Positions 34,726 through 43,960 of a stretch of DNA of 64,000 bases are shown here, piece after piece. Made by a program: the position numbers and the translations under genes. How positions within the stretch are numbered: position 1 is the first letter of the stretch; every line of letters starts with the position of its first letter. The stretch comes from Eubacteriales bacterium (lineage in GTDB: Bacteria; Bacillota; Clostridia; Lachnospirales; Lachnospiraceae): assembly GCA_030526295.1 (NCBI GenBank), contig JAUNDA010000003.1, forward strand, positions 167 to 64,166. The letters run 5' to 3'. The notes under the pieces are model-generated. The model was given only the letters and a program-made list of their open reading frames with translations. It was not told the origin of the DNA and ran no database searches.

Positions 34726-36138
34726 TTACTTTCTTGCTGCATTCTTCTCTTTGAATGCTTCTCTGATTGTCTCAAGCCACTGATCAACAGTAATCTTCTT
34801 TGTAACAACATCTGCATATGTCTTGTAGATTACGTCGTTGATAGAAACCTTTGAGTTCTCGATAGGTGTCCAAGCATATGCGAATGCTGTAGCTGAATTA
34901 TCAAGCTCTGCATGCATGCTTGCGAAACCTTCATCAAGGTAAGGAGCTGCGATCTCAGCTGCACCCTCTACAGGGATAAGCTGTGAAGCTGTCTTAGCCC
35001 AGATTTCGATACCCTCTTTGCTGTACATGAATCTGATAAATTCCATTGCAAGCTCGTGCTCGCCGCCGTTTGCCGGTACTGTTAAGATTCCCGGTGATGA
35101 ACGTGAATAGTGTGTCTCACCAACTGTGTTTACAGGCGGTGCAGCCATTCCCCAAACGAATCCGTCTGTTCTTGGAGCGTCTGCCATCTCTGCAGAAATC
35201 CAGTCACCATTAGGAATGAAGAGGCACTTGTCCTGCATGAACTCTGCCTGGCTCTCTGTATGGTTAAGTCCGAGTGTTCCATCAAGGAGGTAGTCACCGA
35301 GCTTAGCATATGTCTCAAGGAGCTGCTTGAATTCAGGAGTGTCAAGGATAGACTCATCATAGTCTACGAAAGCAAGAGCCTTCTCTACACCGAGTGCAGA
35401 AACGAGTGAAGGCATTAACATACTCTGAACGTAGTCAGGAGCATTTGCTGCTGCGTATGTCCATCCTGCGATTCCCTTAGCCTTAGCTTCGTCAAGGATT
35501 GTGAAAAGCTCATCCCATGTCTCTGGGAATGTCCAGCCGTTCTTCTCCCAAAGTGTTCTGTTGTAAACAACTCCACGGCTTGTAAGAACGAATGGTGCTC
35601 CATAGATTCTTCCGTCACGGTAAGGTGCACATGTTGTTGATGAAAGAAGACCTGCTACGATTGTATCAGCAACTGTCTTTGACTCATCATCCCATGAAGG
35701 AGTTGAGTTGTACCAGTCTGTCATATCCCAGAGCTGCTTCTCATTAAGAAGTGATCTGAAGAGTTCATCGTTGTCACCGTTGCAGTAGTAGATGTCAGGA
35801 TACTCACCTGCGATCATCTGCGGACGAACAACATCACCGATCTGTGGGTTATGCTGAACCTCGATTGTTACGTCAGGATAATACTTCTGGAATGCTTCAA
35901 CTGTCTGATTCCAGCAGTCCATTCCGTAACCACCCTCGAAAAGAGCAAGCTTAAGGGTCTTTCCTGCGAACATTGATCCCTGTGCAGCTGCTTCTCTAGC
36001 TGCCTGTGTTGCTTCAGCTGCTGCCTGTGGTGCTGCTGCCTGTGTCTCAGTTGTGGAAGCTCCGCATCCTGAAAGAAGGCTTACGCATGTAACAGCTGCA
36101 AGCATCATGGCAATGATAGCTTTCATACTTTTCTTCAT
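34726..36138 (-). CDS. Sugar ABC transporter substrate-binding lipoprotein
   Basis: Start moved to ATG 36138, since the listed TTG lies within the GGAGGA RBS. It has a signal peptide with lipobox LSGCG and an Ala/Gln-rich linker, followed by an SBP family-1-like body. Confidence 0.88.
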   Translation of the reverse strand: MKKSMKAIIAMMLAAVTCVSLLSGCGASTTETQAAAPQAAAEATQAAREAAAQGSMFAGKTLKLALFEGGYGMDCWNQTVEAFQKYYPDVTIEVQHNPQIGDVVRPQMIAGEYPDIYYCNGDNDELFRSLLNEKQLWDMTDWYNSTPSWDDESKTVADTIVAGLLSSTTCAPYRDGRIYGAPFVLTSRGVVYNRTLWEKNGWTFPETWDELFTILDEAKAKGIAGWTYAAANAPDYVQSMLMPSLVSALGVEKALAFVDYDESILDTPEFKQLLETYAKLGDYLLDGTLGLNHTESQAEFMQDKCLFIPNGDWISAEMADAPRTDGFVWGMAAPPVNTVGETHYSRSSPGILTVPANGGEHELAMEFIRFMYSKEGIEIWAKTASQLIPVEGAAEIAAPYLDEGFASMHAELDNSATAFAYAWTPIENSKVSINDVIYKTYADVVTKKITVDQWLETIREAFKEKNAARK

Positions 36139-36366
36139 TTCGTTTTCCTCCAATTAAATCATCCAGAACCATTTCTGAATGTTAACCGCATTATAGTTTC
36201 ACACAAATGTCAATTGAATGATTTTTCTTGACATATTTTGTTACGATATTGACATTATTATTGCACTATCGTCATAAATTACAATCATATTAACATCTTT
36301 TTATGCATTTTGCACTATTGTTTTGTACAAGAATTGACATTTATAATGAACGCGGGGAGTAAAATC

Positions 36367-38112
36367 ATGTCAATATTTCGAAAATTTAAACTTAATACAC
36401 GACTGAAAACGACATTTATTTTCGTTTCCGTAATCCCGCTCATTCTTTTGGCGGTCATTTCTTATAATATTTACAGTAATTCGATTCAAAATAAACTCAT
36501 TCAGTCCGTAAGGCAGTCGGCACAGCTTGCCAGCAACAATGTCAATCTGATATTAAGCCAGCACAGCCACTATATTGACCTTCTTTCAGTATCCGACGCC
36601 ATGAGTGACCTTGCCGACATCAGTGACAGCATGGAGCTTTCCGAAAGGTATGAGCTCACATCAAACGTGGACAGGGCTGTTCGCAACACTCCCATTCCGG
36701 ACATCAGCCTCATGGGCGTCATGATTCTTGACAACAAAAAGAATTCCGTCTACGGAAGCGGTCATGCAACCTCAATAAACACGGAGGTACTCCGCCTTCT
36801 TGAGGCCAGTGATAAAAGTTCGCCAAAGGATTACATAGGTGAATATGTAAACCCAAACAACAGGGATAAGTATATGGCCATAGTCAGAAAGATCTACAGC
36901 CATAAGCTTAACGGCGTTCCGGCCGGATATATAATCGTATTGATTTCCAGCCAGACTGTATATGAATCCGCATTTGCTTCACCAAAAATCAGTGAGGATT
37001 CAGGCTTCATGATGCTTACAAAGGATGGTGAAATCCTCGTTTCACAAGATGCCAAGGGATTTGTTCTTGATGACAGTGAAAGGGCACTAATCAATGAAAT
37101 GATGAAGGGCTCAAAGAACGCAAAAAACCTCACAAGCGTTCGTACAGCCGCATCATATCTTCAGATTTGTTATTACAGTAAACATTATGACTGCTATCTT
37201 CTATCGGTTGTTCCGTACAGCTTTATTTCGAATGAGCAGAACCGTGTTCTCATGATTCTTCTTCTGGTACTTCTTCCGCTCATAGCCTTCTGTCTTTACA
37301 TTGCTTCTGCTATGGCTATGAGTATCACAAAACCCATCGAGAAGATGGTTGATGCCAGTGAAATCAATATCGTTGAAAATGAATATGTTCCGATTTGCGA
37401 CACAAGTCCCGATGAGTTGGGTTTCCTATCAAGAAAGCTTGACCAGAAGACCTTCCGTATCATCCAGCTAATTAAAGACATCAAGGAAAGTGATGAAAGG
37501 AAGCGTGCCGCAGAAATGGAAATGCTCCACTATCAGATTAATCCGCATTTCCTTTTCAATACGCTCGGAACCTTTAAATGGATGTCGGAGCTTAGTAGCA
37601 ACAACGTGCTTGCAGAGGGAATCGAGTCACTTATCGGACTGCTTCGTGCAACGCTTGTAGATAATTCAGAGCTTATCACCCTGCAAAAGGAAATAGAAAA
37701 TCTCAGGAATTATGTGAGGATTCAGGACCTTCGCTACATCAGCAGATTCAGTTCCTCATATGACATTGACGAGGCATCGCTTAACTGCCACGTTCCGCAT
37801 TTCATTCTGCAGCCTCTGGTGGAAAATGCAATTCTACACGCCACGGCAGGATCAGAACGAATAGTAAATATCAAAGTAAAAACAAAGCTTGATGATGAAA
37901 AGCTGACCATTACCGTCACTGATGACGGTGTCGGCTTTAATACGGAGCTCGCCTATAATCCCGCAAAGGAACGCTTTAACGGTGTAGGCCTGCAGAATGT
38001 AAATGACAGGCTTAAACTATATTACGGAACCGAAAACGGTCTGCAGATTGTCAGTTCACCAGGAAATGGTACAACCTGTATCATTTCAATTCCGGTAAAC
38101 CTTGTATCTTAA
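36367..38112 (+). CDS. YesM-type sensor histidine kinase
   Basis: Start at ATG 36367 (GGGGAG RBS). It has two TM segments around a ~270-aa external domain. The His_kinase block is HYQINPHFLFNTL and the HATPase block is ENAILHA ... DDGVGF ... GVGLQNV. Confidence 0.88.
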   Translation: MSIFRKFKLNTRLKTTFIFVSVIPLILLAVISYNIYSNSIQNKLIQSVRQSAQLASNNVNLILSQHSHYIDLLSVSDAMSDLADISDSMELSERYELTSNVDRAVRNTPIPDISLMGVMILDNKKNSVYGSGHATSINTEVLRLLEASDKSSPKDYIGEYVNPNNRDKYMAIVRKIYSHKLNGVPAGYIIVLISSQTVYESAFASPKISEDSGFMMLTKDGEILVSQDAKGFVLDDSERALINEMMKGSKNAKNLTSVRTAASYLQICYYSKHYDCYLLSVVPYSFISNEQNRVLMILLLVLLPLIAFCLYIASAMAMSITKPIEKMVDASEINIVENEYVPICDTSPDELGFLSRKLDQKTFRIIQLIKDIKESDERKRAAEMEMLHYQINPHFLFNTLGTFKWMSELSSNNVLAEGIESLIGLLRATLVDNSELITLQKEIENLRNYVRIQDLRYISRFSSSYDIDEASLNCHVPHFILQPLVENAILHATAGSERIVNIKVKTKLDDEKLTITVTDDGVGFNTELAYNPAKERFNGVGLQNVNDRLKLYYGTENGLQIVSSPGNGTTCIISIPVNLVS

Positions 38113-38126
38113 AAACAGGAGTCCTT

Positions 38127-38732
38127 ATGTATCCAATACTGATTGTTGATGACGAAACACTAGCAAAGGTAACATTACAGAATATCATACAGTCCCACCC
38201 GCAGTTTAACCTCGCGGGCTCGGCTTCAAATGGTGCTGAGGCGCTTGAATTCTGCGCAGAACACAGCGTGGCTGCAGTTATTACCGATCTTCAGATGCCT
38301 GTTATGGGCGGCGTGGAATTCATTAAGAGGCTCCGGGAAACCGGCTTTAACGGTCCGATTCTTGCACTCAGTAATTATTCTGATTTCGAGCTTGTTCGCG
38401 GTGCCATGAAGGAGGGAGCATTTGACTATCTCTTAAAGGCAGACATGAAGGACAACATCATGTATGAGTACCTTGACAGAATATATGAGCTGATTGCAGA
38501 TGATGAAGAGAAACGAAGAACCACCTATGAAAAGGAGCAAAAGGACGATAAACGTAATGCAGACCTCACAGAAATTGCTTTCCGCCAGTATCTGCAAAAT
38601 GCCGGTTCGGTAATTGACGAGGACCTTCTCCTTCAGAGTCTCCCAAAAGGCATTTTCAACTGTATACTTGTTCGTGCCACGATGAAGAGCGACCACCTGG
38701 GACCACTTGTATCTTATGAATTCATGTGTTAA
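38127..38732 (+). CDS. YesN-type response regulator, receiver part (ends at in-frame TAA)
   Basis: A REC domain (ILIVDDE ... VITDLQMPVMGG ... KAD) followed by a linker. It stops at TAA 38730-38732. Confidence 0.8.
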   Translation: MYPILIVDDETLAKVTLQNIIQSHPQFNLAGSASNGAEALEFCAEHSVAAVITDLQMPVMGGVEFIKRLRETGFNGPILALSNYSDFELVRGAMKEGAFDYLLKADMKDNIMYEYLDRIYELIADDEEKRRTTYEKEQKDDKRNADLTEIAFRQYLQNAGSVIDEDLLLQSLPKGIFNCILVRATMKSDHLGPLVSYEFMC

Positions 38733-39413
38733 ATGCTCAGGCAGGTCTTGGTGGATGTTACTCTCGGTCATACGATAAAGATAAACGACCATGAGCTTGT
38801 GGCACTCATCGGAAGAGATGATATAGAAAAACAGAATATCGACTTCCAGCTTCGTCTTACCAGATTCTACCGTTCGGTAAAAGCCTATTCAATGCAGGCT
38901 CCTGTAATCTGTTACGCAAGGAGTGTTGAAAACCTTTCGGGACTCAGGGAGGCATATAAGTACTGCTGCCAGCTTGAATATACCGAAATCACCGAAGACA
39001 AACCCTTCACATGTATTCCTGACTTAAACAAGGCCACGGATTCTCCGGTACAGGGAAGTGTAAAAACAGAGGTTTTACAGATACTTCATTACATTGACGA
39101 GCATATTGATGACAAGCTTTCGCTTGAGGATTTGTCAGAGCTTGTTCACTTAAACCGTGAATACCTTTGCCGCTTATTTAAAAAAGAAACAGGTAAGAGC
39201 CTGTTTGGATACATCGCCGAGCTTCGAATGCAGAAGGCGGCAAAAATGATTATGGACGGACACACATCCGTCCAGGACGTTGCACAGAGCATAGGCTTCC
39301 AGAATCCATATGTATTCTCAAAACGCTTTAAGGAATACTATGGTGTAAGTCCCTTGAAATACGACGGCAGACCTCCCGTATCCGAAGCCGTTCGTGATGA
39401 GGAAACAGAATAA
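38733..39413 (+). CDS. YesN-type response regulator, C-terminal AraC-type HTH part (same frame as the receiver part)
   Basis: The ATG follows the TAA of the preceding ORF directly, in the same frame. The C-terminal AraC/XylS HTH reads LSLEDLSELVHLNREYLCRLFKKETG ... VQDVAQSIGFQNPYVFSKRFKEYYGVSP. Confidence 0.8.
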   Translation: MLRQVLVDVTLGHTIKINDHELVALIGRDDIEKQNIDFQLRLTRFYRSVKAYSMQAPVICYARSVENLSGLREAYKYCCQLEYTEITEDKPFTCIPDLNKATDSPVQGSVKTEVLQILHYIDEHIDDKLSLEDLSELVHLNREYLCRLFKKETGKSLFGYIAELRMQKAAKMIMDGHTSVQDVAQSIGFQNPYVFSKRFKEYYGVSPLKYDGRPPVSEAVRDEETE

Positions 39414-39477
39414 CAGCAAGACAAAATTAAACAAATGACTAACCAGGTCCCATTATTAGGGCCACATTGTATTAAAA

Positions 39478-39510
39478 GGCAGGTATCCATCTTTAGATAC
39501 CTGCCCTTTT
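39478..39510. terminator. Bidirectional intrinsic terminator
   Basis: GGCAGGTATC-N8-GATACCTGCC, a 10-bp stem flanked by AAAA upstream and CTTTTGGTTTT downstream. It lies between convergent genes. Confidence 0.7.
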
Positions 39511-39560
39511 GGTTTTCTATTGGTTTTATGTCAGTTAGTGTTTATGATAATGCTTTCAAA

Positions 39561-40364
39561 TTACCATGTACGGCCTGCCATAGCCCTGAACTGAGCTACT
39601 GTAGGTGTGTGTGAGTTTAATCCGCCGTCGCATGTGAGAACCTGACCGTTCATGTACTCAGCCTCGTCACTTGCAAGGTATACGCAGAGGTGTCCGATAT
39701 CCTCCGGATTTCCATAGCGCTTTCCAAGGATGTTTGATGTGAAGATCTGCTTAAGAACATCCGGTACACGTGCCTCGTTCTGAGGAGTTACGATAAGGCC
39801 CGGTCTAACGCAGTTACATCTGATTCCGCTTGGTCCGTACATACAAGCAACATACTCTGTAAGCTTGTCAAGTCCAGCCTTTGCACATGCATAAGCGATT
39901 GTTCCAAGGTCTCCGCCTGCACTTGCCATTGAACCGATATTTACGATGTTTCCACCCTTCTCATTCTTAAGAAGGTAAGGTAATACTTCCTTGATCATGT
40001 TGAAGGTTCCGCCGAGGTCTGTTGCAACTACTGCATTGAACTCGTCAAGTGAGATCTCGTCAACACGTCCGTCCTTCATACCCATGCCTGCTGCATTGTT
40101 GATAAGAACGTCGATACGTCCGAACTTCTCAGCAGTATCAGCGATTAATGCATGCATTGCAGCTGTATCTGTAAGGTCGAATGCATGGAACCATGCCTTT
40201 CCGCCCTCGTTTGTGATGTCATCTACAACCTTCTGTCCTCTTTCAACGTTACGTCCTGTAACAACTACCTGAGCGCCTTCCTTTGCGCAAAGCTTAGCGA
40301 TTCCGATACCGATACCGCTTGTTGAGCCTGTAACGATAACAACCTTGTCCTTTAAACGATCCAT
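39561..40364 (-). CDS. Classical SDR-family oxidoreductase
   Basis: 267 aa with TGSTSGIG, NNAG and YACAKAG motifs. It is monocistronic, with its own promoter and terminator. Confidence 0.85.
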   Translation of the reverse strand: MDRLKDKVVIVTGSTSGIGIGIAKLCAKEGAQVVVTGRNVERGQKVVDDITNEGGKAWFHAFDLTDTAAMHALIADTAEKFGRIDVLINNAAGMGMKDGRVDEISLDEFNAVVATDLGGTFNMIKEVLPYLLKNEKGGNIVNIGSMASAGGDLGTIAYACAKAGLDKLTEYVACMYGPSGIRCNCVRPGLIVTPQNEARVPDVLKQIFTSNILGKRYGNPEDIGHLCVYLASDEAEYMNGQVLTCDGGLNSHTPTVAQFRAMAGRTW

Positions 40365-40413
40365 AGTGTCTCCTTTATTAAAATAAACTTTCTTGTTTTT
40401 TGTTTCCTGCGTG

Positions 40414-40441
40414 ATTATAGCACCGGTTAATTTTTTATCAA
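40414..40441 (-). promoter_or_regulatory. Candidate sigma-A promoter of the SDR gene
   Basis: Minus strand: TTGATA (40441-40436), 16-nt spacer ending in TGc, then TATAAT (40419-40414). Confidence 0.5.
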
Positions 40442-40459
40442 ATGACTTTTTGGTATATA

Positions 40460-41808
40460 CTATATATAACTTTTTACTATATCCACATCAGAGGTTATCT
40501 CGACATATTCGTCGCCCCTGTGCATGTAGTACTCGCGTCCCTTTCCCGTGACTGCTATCACCGTTTTTGGTTTTGCGTTAAGTATCGCATCCCTTATGAC
40601 CTGCTCCCTGTCGTTATTTATCCTGCAGGGAGTACCCTTCTCGATGTAGCCCCTCTCAAGAACCCTTGCTATCTCGTCTGGATCCTCGTTTGCGGGGTCC
40701 TCCTCGGTTATCCATACAAAATCAACATTTCCTGCAGACGCATTTACAAGGTCACTTCTTCTCGAATATGCCTTGCCTCCCGGGCATCCGTAGATAAGCT
40801 CTAACCTGTAGCCTGGATACATTTCACGAAGTGAATTAAACAGCTCGCGAAATCCCATTGAGTTGTGTGCGTAGTCGACTACACATGCCAGTTCCCTGGC
40901 ACTGTTTTCAAAAACCTCCATGCGTCCCGGGACCGTCGTACTGATAAGTCCTTCCCTTATCGCCTCCTCGGGTATTCCCAGCTCATGTGCCACGCTTATT
41001 GCCGCGATGGCATTTTCCCTGTTAAAGCCTCCCGGTATCGAGAGCGCATAATCCATTGCGTCGTATTTTGAATAGCAGATGATTTTTTCACATATTGGGC
41101 TGTTACTTGCCGCCTCATAAACCTCGTCAAATCTTTTGTTCTCACGTCCGATTACGGCCACCCTGCACCGGCTCATAAGCTTAAGCTTACTCCTAAAAAA
41201 TCCTCTGCGTCGCAATGCTCAACATTACTTATGTGGTCAGGTTCAAAATTCAGGAATACTCCTATGTCGAACACTACGCTCCTTGTTCGGTGGTATTTAA
41301 GTGCCTGCGACGAAACCTCCATTACAAAGGCATCGGCACCAGTACTCCTTGCATTGTCAAAATGCCTCAAAAGGTCAAGTGCCTCAGGTGTTGTAAGGTG
41401 TGACTCAAAGTTCTCAACTCCGTCATCCGTATCTACGCTTGAGATGTAGGAAACCTTCCTTCCCGCCGCACGAAGCATTGCATTGATAAAGAAAACCGTC
41501 GTTGTTTTTCCGACTGTTCCCGTAACTCCGATAAGCTTAAATTCCTTCCACGGATAGCCGTAAAATTCGTTTGCCATCTCATCCATTGCAATGCGGATAT
41601 CCGGTACCTTAATGCACGGGCAGTCGACATCGTATTCCCTTTCGGACACATATGCCTTAATGCCTTTATCTACTGCATCTCTAAGATACTTTTCCTTAAA
41701 GCCCTCACCCTTACAAAAAAAGAGTGAACCTGGCAGTGCAGTCCTTGAATCAAAGGTAAGCGCTGTAAATTCGTTTCTGTTAATGTTTTTTATGTCGTCG
41801 TATTTCAT
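40460..41808 (-). pseudogene. MurE-like Mur ligase paralogue, frameshifted in a homopolymer
   Basis: ORFs 41173..41808 and 40460..41215 together read as one Mur ligase: N-terminal LTFDSRTALPGSLFFC, P-loop GVTGTVGKTTT, then DHISNVEHCDAEDF | FRSKLKLMSRCRVAVIG. The frames join if the A6 run at 41195-41200 were A7. Confidence 0.8.
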
Positions 41809-41922
41809 GTATCTAATCTTTCTTCGCAGCGCTTAAATTGAGTCTGCAATCATTTAAACCGATTTGTTTTTCCAGTTGATTTTGCCGGCTGATTCTGCTG
41901 CCGGTTTACCTCTCCCCTCTTC

Positions 41923-42972
41923 CTATGTCAGAGGCCTGTGAATCACCATAGGATTTATCTTAAGTCCGTTTTTATCCAGGTGAAGCTTAAAGCGTGATAG
42001 TCCGCCTTCACCCGCAGTTCCAAGCGAAAGGTACTTGCATCCGTTTTTGTGGGCTAGTCTTGCAAGTTCAAAGTACATAAGTGCATTGCTTCCCGTATTA
42101 TAGGACGCTTCGGTATTTGCCACAAGCAGAACCTCTGTGACATTGTTACCCGTCACAAGAAGAAGCTCAGTAAGAAGCACCCCACCGTCATAAACCTTAA
42201 CAAGCTTAAGGTTTTCGGAAAACTCCCCTGCAAGGCTAACTAGAAACTCCTCACTGTAATCATAGTAGGCAAAGTGTCTTTTTCCGTTAATAAACTCTGT
42301 GTAAATCCCATGAAGGAGCTCTGCATCCGAAGGGGTATAATCAGTTATGTCAACCTTTAGCCCTGCATTAATCCCCTTTTTAAGGTTTCTTTTCTGCTCC
42401 TTGTGCATACTGGCGATTATTGTCTCATCCGTTCCCGCATGCATCACATATGTATTTATCTCAAGGAACGGCTCATAGTAGCGCTCCCTGTCAAAGGTTT
42501 TGGGCGCATCGTAGCGGAAAACTGCCTTCTCGCGGCTAATTCCATTTTCCTTAAGCCACGCATCAAAAGCCGCAAATACCTCATCAACCTCCGTCTGGTA
42601 CAACTCCCCGACATTAGGGCACTCAGCCCCTGCATCGAAGCCTCCTTCACCTGCACCCTCGCGCTCTTCACCGGCACCACGGCATCCTTCCTTTTTTTCG
42701 ATATGCATCGAGGTTCCCGTATATGGTGTTATGGCCTCAGTCTTTTCCTGGTCATCATCATATGGCTTTAAAAAGAGCGTGTTTACTGCCCGGAGATTCT
42801 TTGTCTCACAGTAAAAAAGGCATGCTTTTCCGTCATATCCATGCGTTTCATAAGCCCTCATCCAGCCTGAACGCTGCTGAGGTATGTTATATATGAAGCT
42901 GTCAATGATTCGGTCCCACTCCTTAGCCTCCGATGGCTTTAGTGTGAGTACCTTTTCCCTTGCATCACTCAT
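41923..42972 (-). CDS. FemAB/FemX-like (GNAT-fold) peptidyl/aminoacyl transferase family protein
   Basis: 349 aa. The C-terminal half (KEQKRNLKKGINAGLKV ... YNTGSNALMYFELARLAHKNGCKYLSLG) resembles the FemAB family. A Gly/Glu/Ala-rich insertion sits near residue 95-125. Confidence 0.6.
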   Translation of the reverse strand: MSDAREKVLTLKPSEAKEWDRIIDSFIYNIPQQRSGWMRAYETHGYDGKACLFYCETKNLRAVNTLFLKPYDDDQEKTEAITPYTGTSMHIEKKEGCRGAGEEREGAGEGGFDAGAECPNVGELYQTEVDEVFAAFDAWLKENGISREKAVFRYDAPKTFDRERYYEPFLEINTYVMHAGTDETIIASMHKEQKRNLKKGINAGLKVDITDYTPSDAELLHGIYTEFINGKRHFAYYDYSEEFLVSLAGEFSENLKLVKVYDGGVLLTELLLVTGNNVTEVLLVANTEASYNTGSNALMYFELARLAHKNGCKYLSLGTAGEGGLSRFKLHLDKNGLKINPMVIHRPLT

Positions 42973-43960
42973 TATCCTTGCCTTTTTCCTCTGTGTTATT
43001 TACATAGTCCCTATAGGCGGGATTATTTCTTTCAAATTCCGTAAACTCGGGTGATGAAAGATCCGAGCGGAAGTTGTGGATTCTATTTTTATATGGGTAA
43101 AGCTTTGCGCAGGTCCTGCATACATGGCCCTCGCCCTCCCTGAATGTGAGTTCTCCCTTACATGCTGGACATACAAACTCAGGCTTATTATCGGCAAAGC
43201 CCTCCCTCATTTCCTTCTCGCAGTCCATAAAAATCGATGGTGTAAGTCTCGAACCAGTAAAGGTTTTCTGGAAGAAGCCTTCAACCTTATTTGCTAGTCC
43301 CATGGTTTTTTTGTTTCTTGCAATGCCAAGTCCCCTCAGTATTCCGACAGGCCTTTTCCTAAGTATCCTGAAGCCTGCATTCTTAAGAACCTCCTCGACC
43401 ATCTCGGGATGGTAATCGAAGGTAAGCTCGCCTACTGCCGCAGGTTCCCTGTCTGACGGGTTCCATGACTGCTTTTTAAGGAAGTACCTGAGGTAAGCCT
43501 TGATGTTAGTCTTGTTTGCATAGTCCATAAGGAACCTTGCTCCGTTTTTGGAAACGCGTCCAATCTCCCTATAGGCCTCACCGAGGTCACTTAGGTGGTG
43601 GCTCACCCTTATCATACTCACCCTCTCAAAGCTTCCCTCCTTAAACGGAAGAAGGTATGTGTCCGCGAGTATGAATTCAAAGCGGTCAGAGTCTCCAAGC
43701 CTCTCGACTGCCTTTTCAAGCATCGTGATGGAATAATCCACGAGGTATATCTTTTTGTAATCAGGGTATCTCAAGGTGTTTCTTCCTGTGCCCGCACCGA
43801 TTTCGAGCATGCTCGCATCTTGGTCTGGGACAGAAAGTGCCTCTATTGCCATAAGGTCGGCATTGTCCTCATATGCCCTCTTATCCCAGAAATCCCCGTA
43901 ATCATAGCCGTCGTAGTTATAAAAGGACGGTTTCTTTTTGTTTTCGCCGTTATTCTCCAT
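42965..43960 (-). CDS. Class I SAM-dependent methyltransferase with C-terminal zinc-ribbon
   Basis: Start at ATG 43960 (GGAGAGGG RBS). SAM motif I is LEIGAGTGRNT. The C-terminal ribbon is CPACKGEL ... CRTCAKLY. Both gene ends overlap their neighbours. Confidence 0.8.
   Translation of the reverse strand: MENNGENKKKPSFYNYDGYDYGDFWDKRAYEDNADLMAIEALSVPDQDASMLEIGAGTGRNTLRYPDYKKIYLVDYSITMLEKAVERLGDSDRFEFILADTYLLPFKEGSFERVSMIRVSHHLSDLGEAYREIGRVSKNGARFLMDYANKTNIKAYLRYFLKKQSWNPSDREPAAVGELTFDYHPEMVEEVLKNAGFRILRKRPVGILRGLGIARNKKTMGLANKVEGFFQKTFTGSRLTPSIFMDCEKEMREGFADNKPEFVCPACKGELTFREGEGHVCRTCAKLYPYKNRIHNFRSDLSSPEFTEFERNNPAYRDYVNNTEEKGKDNE

Noticed and set aside
41860-41905. GCCGGC-N10-GCCGGT hairpin between the FemAB-like and MurE-like genes, considered as a terminator.
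   Set aside because: There is no U-tract on the coding (minus) strand and the stem is short. It is probably incidental.
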